From positions 30,876,001 through 30,940,000 of the forward strand of contig NC_043007.1 in NCBI RefSeq assembly GCF_006345805.1: DNA of 64,000 nucleotides, in the 5' to 3' direction. Of this stretch, positions 11,042 to 21,929 are shown in pieces. Made by a program: the position numbers and the translations under genes. Every line of letters starts with the position of its first letter. Position 1 is the stretch's first letter. The DNA is from Octopus sinensis. Taxonomy: Eukaryota. The notes beneath the pieces were generated by a model. That model did no database searches, was not told the origin of the DNA, and was given only the letters and a program-made list of their open reading frames with translations.

Positions 11042-11607
11042 AACACGATTCTTCTTGAGAAGAAATCTATACATAGGGGTGGTTGTGTGGTAAGTAGTCT
11101 GCCTCCCACCCACATGGTTCTGGATTCAGTCCTATCCTGTGGGACATTGGGCATGTGTCTGGTACTATAGCCTTGGGCAAACCAGAGCCTTGCAAGTGGA
11201 TTTTGCAGAAGGAAACTGAAAGAAGCCTGTATTGTATGTGTGTCTGTGTACATATATATATATTATAATAAGTCCATACACACATATATAAAACATCCAA
11301 GGGTCTGTTTCCCTCTGAAGATATGAATTTAATATTTACTCAATATTTACTGAGTATTAATCGAAACAGCTGTAAAGAATGATGATTCATTTGTTGTTAA
11401 TGATAAACAATTATTAACTTCCCAATCTCCATTTTGTTCTTCTTCTTCTTTGATATGAATATAAGCTATATGCTTTTATATATATACACCTATTAGTTTA
11501 AGAAAATTAATTCCCCCAAAATATCAGGTATTGAACCAGTATTTCCTTGGATAACACCATCCCATCATGGGGCTAACATAACTTCTACTCGTGTGTTGAT
11601 ATATATA

Positions 11608-11904
11608 TCTTTATATATAAAAGTGAAGTTGTGTGTCTGTCTCCTACGATTTAGATTCCTAACTACTCCCACATTTTGTGGTGCAGTTTAACCAAAACCG
11701 GGTATCTTATAGTCATGATTCATATCGAGCCCTTCTGGGTATTAGCGCGCATCTACGATGAGTCTATGATTTAAAAAAAAATTTACCATCATTTTTTTTC
11801 CATTTTTAATGCATTTTTTTGCTATTTTTTGGCTATAACTCTCTAAAAATGCTTATATAGTTATTTACCTTACAAACCCGAGCAACGCCGGGCGATACTG
11901 CTAG
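11608..11904 (+). mobile_element. Non-autonomous Helitron-type element
   Basis: 5' TC (tctttatatataaaag), 3' hairpin cccgagcaacgccggg followed by CTAG, inserted between A and T; second copy at 61598-61899. Confidence 0.75.
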
Positions 11905-13135
11905 TATATATATATATATATACTAGGCTTTAAAAAAAAAGTAGTAGGGTCAATTCATTTGACTAAGATTCTTCAAGGCAGTGCCCCAGCATGGCCACAG
12001 TTTAATGACTAAAACAAGTAGTAGATAAAAGAAAAGGTAACTGAATGAGAACACAGATCTTGTGGGATCTTGGGAGGGTCATTACATCAAAGCATAAATT
12101 CACACTGGTTCTATTTCACTTCTATTATTATTATTATTATTTGTCGATTTGTTAATCATTTAACCAATTAACTAATTGATCCCACCATGCCAGCATGGAA
12201 GGCAGACGTTAAACGATGATGAAGATTGCTTGATTAATTGTTCAGACAATCAATCAGCTTGATTAATTAAAGTTCTTTCGTTGCCATTTGTGGCCCCACA
12301 ATGACATGTCCTCTCAACTCCAGCTCTACTTCAGATAAATAAAACTAAAATAGTAACCAGTGTGTGTATTTATTATTGGCCCAATGACCCTCTCAAGATA
12401 TAAAATCTGTCTCAACACACCACTTCCCATCAAAAATCTTGGAAATCAAATATAAAAATGAAACAAAAGAAACTTTCATTACATAAGATGGATTCTTTTG
12501 TGGTGGTCACACAAGAGGAATCTAAATTGTCTAAGACAGACATTCTTCAAAAGTGAAAGGAATGGATGTGAGAAAACAAGGGAAATAAAAACAAAAAACA
12601 GAAATAGTTTATATATTTAAAAGTATGTTTAATTGATATATATATGTGTCTATATTACATAATATATATATAAGTATATATATATATATATATATATATA
12701 TTCTATACATGTCTGAGGTTGAGGAATTATGTATCTGTATGTGTGTGTATGTATGTATATGTGTGTGTATATATATATATCTTACCTCACGGTTGTTTAT
12801 TTTTCCATCACTGCTTCACACTACTACTCGTGTATTTGATCAGACCAGGCGGTCTACTAGCACAAACCAGTAAATAGTATTTACCAATTTATTATAAAGC
12901 TCAAGCTTTCTGTCAGCTCAGATTTACCTCCCTTCGGTATCTGCTACAGAAGATGACAAAAAAGCCAGAAATGTGCATTTAGCAGTCCACAGAGGCGTGC
13001 TTTTTTATGAGCTGATAATGGTATGTTTACACATTTTACCAAAAGCAAGAATTTTTTTTCTCCATGGTAAACTACAGTGGAATTGCCTTTAGAAGCTGAA
13101 ATATGTCACAAACATATTTGAACTAACCTAAAGTC

Positions 13136-13136
13136 T

Positions 13137-13186
<50 letters not shown>

Positions 13187-13404
13187 TATATATATATAGT
13201 ATATATATATAGTTATATATATATATATAATATAGTATATTATATATATATATATATAGTATATATATAGTATATATATATATATATATAGTATATATAT
13301 AATAGTATATATATATATAATATATATATATAATATATATATAGTATATATATATAGTATATATATATATATATATATATATATTAATATATATATAGTA
13401 TATA

Positions 13405-13441
<37 letters not shown>

Positions 13442-13661
13442 TATATATAGTATATATATACATATATATGTATATATATATACATATATATGTATACATA
13501 TATATATATATACATATACATATATATATATACATATACATATATATATATATATACACATATACATATATATGTATACATATGCATATATACAAATATA
13601 TATGTATACATATGCATATATACAAATATATATGTATACATATGCATATATACAAATATAT

Positions 13662-13710
<49 letters not shown>
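13136..13710. repeat. Compound (AT)n microsatellite with an internal ~30-bp sub-repeat
   Basis: ~570 bp of TA with interspersed G/C; tatacaaatatatatgtatacatatgcata-like unit repeated about 3 times. Confidence 0.95.
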
Positions 13711-13711
<1 letters not shown>

Positions 13712-13880
13712 GCGTGCGTGTGTGTGTATACACACTCATAAACGCACACATAAGCCTATGCACACATGAACAATGACAGCAAAAGAGAAGAGGTAAAAAG
13801 AAAATGGAAGAAGGAAAAAAAAAAAATGAAGAAATTTAGTTCCTAATAAAGTTAAACCCCTACAAGTGGACGGCGAGGGG

Positions 13881-14077
13881 TCATTTCAGACCCGTTTCTG
13901 TGACAAGGGCCTCGAGTAGAAGCTGTGTCTCTCCACTGACGTACGGTTCGTGCAGCCAGCCAGCCGTACAAAACATCAACAGATTGCGGTCGGGGACGTG
14001 TGCGATGACTTCAACCAGGCGTTGTTTCAGTTCAAACTCTTTTTGGTAAGCTTCAACAATTTTTGCGGACGTCACTT
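13881..14077 (-). CDS. CINP: CINP (CDK2-interacting protein) exon 5, last coding exon
   Basis: ttgcag acceptor; (E)VTSAKIVEAYQKEFELKQRLVEVIAH..DRNLL..AGWLHEPYV..LLLEALVTETGLK* matches the recalled CINP C-terminus 'YRKELLLKR..ELAH..MWLHQPYV..LESMLLETG'. Confidence 0.9.
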
Positions 14078-14603
14078 CTGCAAATAGAAGTTGGGGTCAC
14101 TTTCAGGGATCGATACAGCATACAACAGAACACGCAAGATTCTACACTTATTCAAGAATATACACAAAAAACACAATTTTAAAGTAAGACTCTACCTGTA
14201 CACCAATTTAGCCAACACTGGATTCGTGGTCGATGGGGTTTCATAAGAGTTTTTTTGCCAATAAGAAACAAAATAGTCCTGCACAGCAGAAGTGTTAAGG
14301 ACCCCACCCCTCCTAATGAAGAGGATTGACCCACAAGGGTCCTGTGCCAGTGCCACATAAAAGGCACTAGTGCTCGTGGCACGTTAAAAGCACTCAGCAC
14401 ACAGTAAAAACGGTTGGCGCGAGGAAAGGCATCCAGCCATAGAAACCAAACCAAGTCAGACTGGAACCTAGTCCAGCTCTTCCTGCTTGCCATCTCTGGT
14501 CAAACTGTCCAACCCATGCCAGCATGGGAAATGGACATTAAAGGGTGATGATGATGATGACACTCCGTCCACAGCAACTCAAGTACCAGACGGTTTTACT
14601 CAC

Positions 14604-14736
14604 CAAAATCCTTGTAAGTCCAAGACTGGAATGGTACGGTTTCAGTAACATCACCAGCCTGGTGTCGATGTTCCTCCAGATTAAATAGCCCTCGGTACAC
14701 GTCACACATGGCTTCCAGTTTATGGATCACCTTCTC
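14604..14736 (-). CDS. CINP: CINP exon 4
   Basis: tttaacag / gtgagt; EKVIHKLEAMCDVYRGLFNLEEHRH..VPFQSWTYKDF; 133 nt, phase 0 to 1. Confidence 0.88.
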
Positions 14737-14899
14737 CTGTTAAAAAAACAAAGATTGCAGTCGTCAGAAGAAGAAATAATAATAATAATAATAATAATAA
14801 TCCTTTTTACTATAGGCACAAGGCCTCATATTTGTGGGGAGGGGAGTAGTTGATTACATCAACCCCAGTGTTTCACTGGTACTTAAATGAAAGGCAAGA

Positions 14900-15098
14900 T
14901 CGTCGTCATTGTCATCATCACCACAATCATCATCATCGTCATCATCACCACAATCATCATCATCGTCATCATTGTCATCATCACCACTATCATCATCATC
15001 AACATCATCGTCATCATCACCACTATCATCATCATCAACATCATCGTCATCATCATCGTCATCATCACTACTATCATCATCATCGTCATCATCATCCT
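14900..15098. repeat. (CAT)n-derived trinucleotide array in CINP intron 3
   Basis: Degenerate catcat/cgtcat run. Confidence 0.95.
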
Positions 15099-15309
15099 TA
15101 CAAGGCCAGAAATTTTAAGGCAAGGGCTCAATAAATGCTGTTCAATCAGAATTTATTTGATCAACACCAGAAATATTAGGACTTAGAATCTATATATTAA
15201 TGTGTGTGTGTATATACACACACAAACACACACACGTGCACACACACACACACACACACACGCACACACACACACAGAAAGTGATGTTGTCCCAAGGTTT
15301 GCAACTCAC

Positions 15310-15418
15310 CATGGCTTCGACTGTCTTCAGAAGTTTCTCACACAGTGGTTCCATTTCAAGAGGCATCGTTGTCGACGGGGGTGAAACATCAGCGGACACC
15401 GTGGTGCTGGGTTCAAAT
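15310..15418 (-). CDS. CINP: CINP exon 3
   Basis: gggtag / gtgagt; (I)FEPSTTVSADV..LEMEPLCEKLLKTVEAM, cf. 'LEKLCEELQATLDGL'; 109 nt, phase 2 to 0. Confidence 0.82.
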
Positions 15419-15494
15419 CTACCCAGGAACATTTGGAAAAGAAGAACAAAACATAAGTTATACATTACCATTTTTTTTTTCTTGTTCCTTCAAC

Positions 15495-15818
15495 AGAAGA
15501 AAAAGAAAGAAAGAAAGGTGAAAGAAAGATGAAAGGAAGAAAGAAAGAAGGAAGGAAGGAAGGAAGGGAGGAAAGGGAGAAGGAAAGACAGAAAGAAAGA
15601 AAGAAAGAAAGGAAAGAAGAAAGAAAGATGAAAGAAAGATGAAAGGAAGGAAGAAGGAAGGAAGGAAGGAGGAAAGGGAGAAGGAAAGACAGAAAGAAAG
15701 AAAGAAAGAAAGGAAGGAAGAAAGAAAGAAGAAAGAAAGATGAAAGAAAGATGAAAGGAAGGAAGAAGGAAGGAAGGAAGGAAAGGGAGAAGGAAAGACA
15801 GAAAGAAAGAAGAAAGAA

Positions 15819-15879
<61 letters not shown>

Positions 15880-16005
15880 AAAAAGAAAAGAAGGAAGAGA
15901 AAGAAAGAAAGAAAGAAAGAAAAAAGAAAGAAAGAAGAAAAAAGAAAGGAAGGAAGAGAAAGAAAGAAAGAAAGAAAGAAAGAAAAAAAGAAAAGGAGAA
16001 GGAAG
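15495..16005. repeat. Polypurine (GAAA/GGAA)n tract filling CINP intron 2
   Basis: ~500 bp almost entirely purine on the plus strand, with a ~110-bp unit repeated about 3 times. Confidence 0.95.
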
Positions 16006-16015
16006 GTAAGTTTAC

Positions 16016-16178
16016 ATGGCCTGTAATTTGCAATTGGCTATTTTGCTCATGATGGCTGCCCCACTGAGGTTGAGGTTGTTCCACTTCAAGATGGCATTGT
16101 AGATGTCAGCAGCACTGTCCTTGGTGACCCTTTCACTGCCAGTGAGGTTGCCCTGGCTCGGTTTCACCGCCACAGGAC
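16016..16178 (-). CDS. CINP: CINP exon 2
   Basis: tgtgcag / gtaaac; PVAVKPSQGNLTGSERVTKDSAADIYNAILKWNNLN..IANCK, cf. 'SARKIKDNAADWHNLILKW..NIANLK'; 163 nt. Confidence 0.9.
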
Positions 16179-16244
16179 CTGCACACACAAGAAAAAAAGA
16201 AAAAAAAAAGAAAAACATAAATTAATGCCAAACAGAAACAGTAT

Positions 16245-16721
16245 TCTTTTCTACTCTAGGCACAAGGCTCGAAATTTTAGGGGAGGAGGCCAGTCGATTA
16301 GATCAACCCCAGTGCATAACTGGTACTTAATTTATCGACCCCGAAAGGATGAAAGGCAAAGTCGACCTCGGCGGAATTTGAACTCAGAACATAGCACCAG
16401 ACAAAATAGCACTAAGCATTTCGCCCAGTGTGTTAACGTTCCCGCCAGGTCTTCCGCTTTGCAAACAGAAACACTATTAACAGCAAAGGATCATCTTTGT
16501 CCCCACTTAAAGGTGCAAGTTGTGGCAGATTCATTAGAATACTGGACAAAGTTCTTTGTGGCATTTTGTTTTTATGTTCTGGGTTCAAATGCTACCGAGG
16601 TCGATTTTGCTTTTCATCCTTTCAGGGTCAATAAATTAAGTACCAGTGAAACACTGGGGTCGATGTAATTGACTAGGCCCCTCCCCCAAAAATTTCAGGC
16701 CGTGTGCCTATAGTAACAAGG

Positions 16722-16725
<4 letters not shown>
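16245..16725. mobile_element. Inverted (head-to-head) pair of family 'B2' SINEs in CINP intron 1
   Basis: Minus copy ~16245-16458 and plus copy ~16521-16725. Confidence 0.85.
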
Positions 16726-16754
<29 letters not shown>

Positions 16755-17084
16755 GTGACAAACAAGCAAAATCTCAAATATCAAGGGGATTTGGCAGAGG
16801 GAAACTGAAAGAAGCTCATTGTGTGTGTGTGTGTTTTTCTTCCTTGTCCTGACATCACATGAAGTTGTAAATGATTGTCCCTGTCATACAAGCAGTGTCA
16901 TTGATTTTTCTAATATTCTGCAAGAATGTCTGGCTTAGCAGAGGGAGGGGGGGAAATCACCCTTGCTTGGAAACAGGTGAAGAATGGCAACAGGAAGGAC
17001 TTCTGGCAGCAGAAAATTTGCTTCACCTAAAACTCCTATTCAACCCCAAGCCAGCATGGAAAAGTGAATGTTAAAACAAAATGA

Positions 17085-17245
17085 ATCATCATCATCGTCA
17101 TCATCATCCTCATCATCATTGTCATCATCATCATTATCATCATGATCATCATCATTGTCGTCATCATCATCATCATCATCATCGTCATCGTCGTCGTCAT
17201 CATCATCGTCATCATCATCATCATACTCATACTCATCATCATAAT
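17085..17245. repeat. (CAT)n array continuous with the tail of a minus-strand RTE 3' end
   Basis: Array abuts a degenerate ..ctggatgtccttcctaatgccagccac segment at 17250-17360. Confidence 0.9.
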
Positions 17246-17449
17246 GTTCCACACTGGCATAAGTTGGATGTCTTGAAGAACTGCATCCTGTTCCAGCTTC
17301 TGCCTTGGCATCGATCCTCCGACTGGATGTCCTTCCTAATGCCAGCCACTTTACAGCATACAAGATTACAAAGCCAAGGAGGGATACCTTTATATAAAGA
17401 GATGATGATTAGAGAGAAAAAGGGCCAGAGCAGAACAGGAATCTTGCAG

Positions 17450-17712
17450 TTCTATATTTAAGAGACGAGGAATTATGTACATTATTTAGATTATTTACAT
17501 TTGACGGATATTTGTCCTCATCTTGTTTGTTGTTAACACAATGTTTCAGCTGATAGACCCTCCAGTCTTCATTAGGTGTCTTGGGGAAATTTCAAACCTG
17601 GGTTCTCATTCCTAAGGTATTTTTCAATGTTATTATTATTCAGGTCACTGCCTGGAATTGAACTCAGAATCTTGGGGTTAGTAGCCCAAGCTCTTAACCA
17701 CCACGCCATATG
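17450..17712 (-). mobile_element. tRNA-headed SINE, family 'C', with a hammerhead-like motif in its tail
   Basis: A box TGGCGTGGTGG, anticodon-like arm GGG-CTACTAA-CCC, B box GAGTTCAATTCC; tail ACAC-CTAATGA-agactggagggtctatcagct-GAAAC-ATT-GTGT at 17537-17579. Confidence 0.75.
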
Positions 17713-18849
17713 CATGAGTTAGTAGAAGAGCTACATGACTGCGCATAATTAAGAAGCAAAAAAAATAGTGGTGATGGGGTGGAGTGGTGACGATGGGTGC
17801 AGAGATGGTGTAGCAGAATCAAAGGCAGGTTCACTATGAAGAAAGACTGTAACTTGGTGGTTCCCACCCTGTGGTATGCGAACCCCTGCTGGTCGGCAAA
17901 AGCAGTACTGGGAGTCTGTGAACATGTTAAGCTGACAGACCTTTCGATATCTTGGGGTCCATGGGAAAACTCATTCAAATAAAAGGGGTCCTCAGTAGTG
18001 AAAAGATTGGGAACCACTGCTGTATAACAGATATCAGATGTACCCCAGGGGTTCTCGATTTGGGTCCATATGACCCTTGGTGGGGGAATGTATAGTATTT
18101 TCTTGTTAAAATTTATCTGCTATAAATTACTTAAACATTTACAATACACAAAATATTTTTAATTGTTTTTATCCAATTTCTAATAATATTTAATTATAAA
18201 AATACTGTAACATTTTTTTTATATATTAGGCGCAGGTTTGGCTGTATGGTAAGAAGCTTGCTTCTCAACCACATGGTTCCAGGTTCAGTCCCACTGTGTG
18301 GCACCTTGGCCACGTGACATCTACTACAGCTTTGGGATGACCAAAGCCTTGTGAGTGGATTTGGTAGACGGAAACTGAGAGAAGCCTATCGCTAGCCACT
18401 ACACATTTTTTATTTTCTCTCTTGTTTCTTTCTGTGGAAGAGCATAGGCTCGGAACATTAAAGACTTTTTCACTTCCCGTGCGTTACATTAATATATATA
18501 TATATATATATATATGCATATACTTGTGTGTGTGTGTGATGTGTATGTGTGTGAGTTCCCTCGACCATCACTTGACAGTCGATGTTGGTGTGTTTACGTC
18601 CCCCGTAACTTAACGGTTCAGCAAAAGAGACTGATACAATAAGTACACGGCTTACAAAGTCCTGGGGTCGATTTGTTCGACTAAAGGTGGTGCACCAGCA
18701 TGGCCGCAGTCAAATGACTGAAACAAGAAGACACAGAATACAGTGAATGGCTATTGAGGTCCAATTGAGTAAAACCGGAACCGAAAGAGTTAAGGACCAC
18801 TGATGTAGACGAGTGGTTAAACCTGAGAACACCCGTAAAATATATTTCA

Positions 18850-19000
18850 TACAAAATTCAAAAGTTACGTCGCACAAGTTGATAGCTTCTGTTCCCTAGG
18901 TGACCAAATCAACAACGGGGTGCTGGGGTGTCCTAAAAGTGTAGTGGCGAGAATTAGAAATAGGGTGGGGAAAGTTCAGGAAGCTATGGACTTTTCTGTA
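18850..19000 (+). mobile_element. RTE LINE fragment
   Basis: DSFCSLGDQI..GC.KSVVARI..GWGKFRKL, the same motif as in the 7480 and 22370 RTE copies. Confidence 0.55.
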
Positions 19001-19663
19001 AACAAAGCGATGAAGGTAGCGAGAGGTGGATGTTGAAGGCACAGGATGCGTGAAGGTTGGAAAGTAGCGGATGCGAATGTGACAGGGATGAGCTGGGAGG
19101 AAAACTGAGGGAATTTATAAGGATTCAGTAGAGCGACGGCTATGTTGTTATGGACAGGTAATTAAAGCGTATGGGTGGTGATAGGTGTGCGAAGAAGGTA
19201 TTCTGTTTAGGGTAAATGTCAGCTCGGATACCTCAGCAGCGGAGTGGTATCATTCGAACTCTAAAACAATGCGAAGCACATTGTGGCCAACGCTGTAAAC
19301 ATCTTACGATAGTCTGATGTACACACGCGTGTGCCCTCACCTGACTTTGTTTCCTCATAACTTTCAGAAATATAGATGATATTTTTTAATGAAATTTTCT
19401 ACAAATACGCTTTAGATGGTGTAGATTCCGATTAAGGAATTTGTTGAGGCACAATTGTGGACGTATGTCTACACATACACACACGCACATATTAAAGTAT
19501 AAAGGTATATCGTGTATACGCTACGTGTGTGTGTGTATGTGTGTGTGAAAGCGTGCGTATACGCGCGTATTTCTTACTAGCTCCAGATGAAAATGGATTA
19601 TATAAAGTCACATGTGTATATAAACAGTAGAGAGAGAGAGAGAAAGAGAGAGAGATGTCTTAC

Positions 19664-19760
19664 TGGTCACAGGTGAAAATAAGTTCTGGAAAGAACTATG
19701 ATCGAAAGAAATATTCCTGCTAGACTGTTGTTCGTTATCTTTCTTCTTCTTCTTGGGCAT
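19664..19760 (-). CDS. CINP: CINP exon 1 (coding part)
   Basis: ATG 19760; MPKKKKKDNEQQSSRNISFDHSSFQNLFSPVT plus a phase-1 gtaaga donor that joins exon 2 in frame; total CDS 699 nt; basic NLS-like N-terminus. Confidence 0.72.
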
Positions 19761-20566
19761 CTTCGCTTTAAAAGTGGATTTGGCACCACCAAAACTCTCA
19801 ATATATATATAAGAGGGGCAACCAAACAGACACCCACACACGGAAAGAATGAGAGTCAATCTCAGACAAACAAGAAACAACGAAGTCTCTCCAAGGCACA
19901 CACAAGAAAAGAACGTCTCTCTTTGGTATCCTGAGAATTAAAAGCCTTCTTTCTCCCGATTCTCACGAAATTATCCACAACAAACAACAATTCTTCCCCA
20001 AATGTTGACGTCGTCGTCGTTTACCTCCCCTTTGTTCACACTTTCCCTTACACGCACCTGTCCATGCGTGTGTATATCTGTATTATTATTATGTATATAT
20101 ATTTATAATTAAATCATCAACTTGGAGTGTCTGTAGAGGATGTTGATGTGTCAAGAGGGCACGATTAATCCATACACACACAAACATATATATATATACA
20201 TATTCCCACAAGCACACACATGACTATAAGTTTATTCCATACAACACACATTAAATAAGAAACGGACTTTTTAGTTGTCGGTGCAAAAGTATGTCGAACA
20301 CCGCTTTAGGGAAAGTTACAATTAGGGGCTGCAATGTTCAATCTTAATTATAAAATTACTTCATATATCTACACACACACACACACATATATATTATTAA
20401 CAGTAACTTCGAAGTGTCGACCAACTAAACCTTTGTCCGACAAAACTTCCAAGTCGCATTCAATAATATTCTTGTTTAAGAATGATGAATTTGTACTCTA
20501 CAAAATTATAGAGTACCTCTGACGGGGGTATATATATATATATAAATATATATATATTTATATGTA

Positions 20567-20797
20567 GGTACTATTTAAGGACAGTGGTCCCGGTGCGCGC
20601 ACTCGCGTACTCGCGCATCCGTTCTAGCTAGTCGTGACTAGTCGATCCTTTGTGTTTTATTTACTTTGTTTTTAAAAAATTATTTATTTTGTGTTTTTTT
20701 TACTTTGCTAGGGAGTCGTTGTAGGATCGACTAGTCACGAATAGCCAGCCCGGATGCGCGAGTGCGCGCACCGGGACCACTCTTCTTAAATAGTACC
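20567..20797. mobile_element. MITE with ~80-bp CpG-rich TIRs and TA target-site duplication
   Basis: ta|GGTACTATTTAAG..gtggtcccggtgcgcgcactcgcg..gtgactagtcgatcct // aggatcgactagtcac..cgcgagtgcgcgcaccgggaccac..CTTAAATAGTACC|ta. Confidence 0.85.
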
Positions 20798-21929
20798 TAA
20801 AGGATATTTGACTATAGCCATGCTGGAACATTGCCTCGAAGAGTTATAGTGAATATAAAGATATTACTTTAAGCCTAGTACTTATTCTATCGGTTTCTTT
20901 TGCCGAACCGCTAAGTTACGGGGACGTAAACACACCAACATCGGTTGTCAAGCGATGAGGGTGGAGAACAAACACAAATACATGCATCATCATCATCCTC
21001 ATTTAACGTCCGTTTTCCATGCTAGCCTGGGTTGGACGGTTCGACCGGGGTCTGGGAAGCCAGGAGGCTGCTCCAGTCTGATCTGGCAGTGTTTCTACAG
21101 CTGGATGCTCTTCCTAACGCCAACCACTACGTGAGTGTAGTGGGTGCTTTTTACGTGCCACCAACACAGGGGCCAGGGGAGGCTGGCAACAACCACAATC
21201 GGTTGGTTATATATATATATGACAGGCTTCTTTCAGTTTCCGTCTACCAAACCCACTTGCAAGGCTTTGGTCGGCCCAAGGCTATAGTAGAAAACACTTG
21301 CTCAAAGTGCCACGCAGTGGGACTGAACCAGAAACCGTGTGGTCAGAAAGAAAGCTTCTTACCACACAGCCACACTGCCTTATATAATTTCCCTCCCCTG
21401 TTCCCCTAATATTTATCTCACTATCAATTATTAGTGTCAATCCTGTTTTTCTAGGTACCAGTGGCAGATACATAAAGAAGCAAGGCAACATTCAGTGTTA
21501 TGATCTCCATGAATTTCCTAAAGATATTACAAGCGTAAATGATTTCTTATTGTTAACGGTTCCAAGCTGGTGACTTTTGAAGGTGGCCTTTTTTCAAGCT
21601 TCACAAAGCAGTGTCCTACATATACAAGCATCAGTAGCTAAATACTTCTTCATATTCTGTGTGTAGGAGGGAATAAAGATGTAATTATAAAAAGCTAAAA
21701 CTACAGAAAGTATAGAAATAATACATTTCTAAACCTTCTACAGAGATTTATGCAGTAACAGCCCGATAAAGTGATGGTATGTTGCCAACTTAATGTGGCA
21801 GTCCCAGAAAGGGAAGAATACTACTGTTATTTAACCCTAGGTAACACAGTTTCCAGCTGGCCATGACACATTTTCTGTGTCCTTATGTTTTCAAAGGGGC
21901 GATAAGCACCTCCACCCAGCAAAGGGAAT

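Noticed and set aside
13128-13776. Long YI-rich ORFs
   Set aside because: Translations of an (AT)n microsatellite
14850-16084. Poly-His/Met/Ile/Ser and poly-Lys-Glu/Phe ORFs
   Set aside because: Trinucleotide and GAAA repeats inside CINP introns
17036-17461. Poly-Asp/His/Met ORFs
   Set aside because: (CAT)n array grown from a LINE tail
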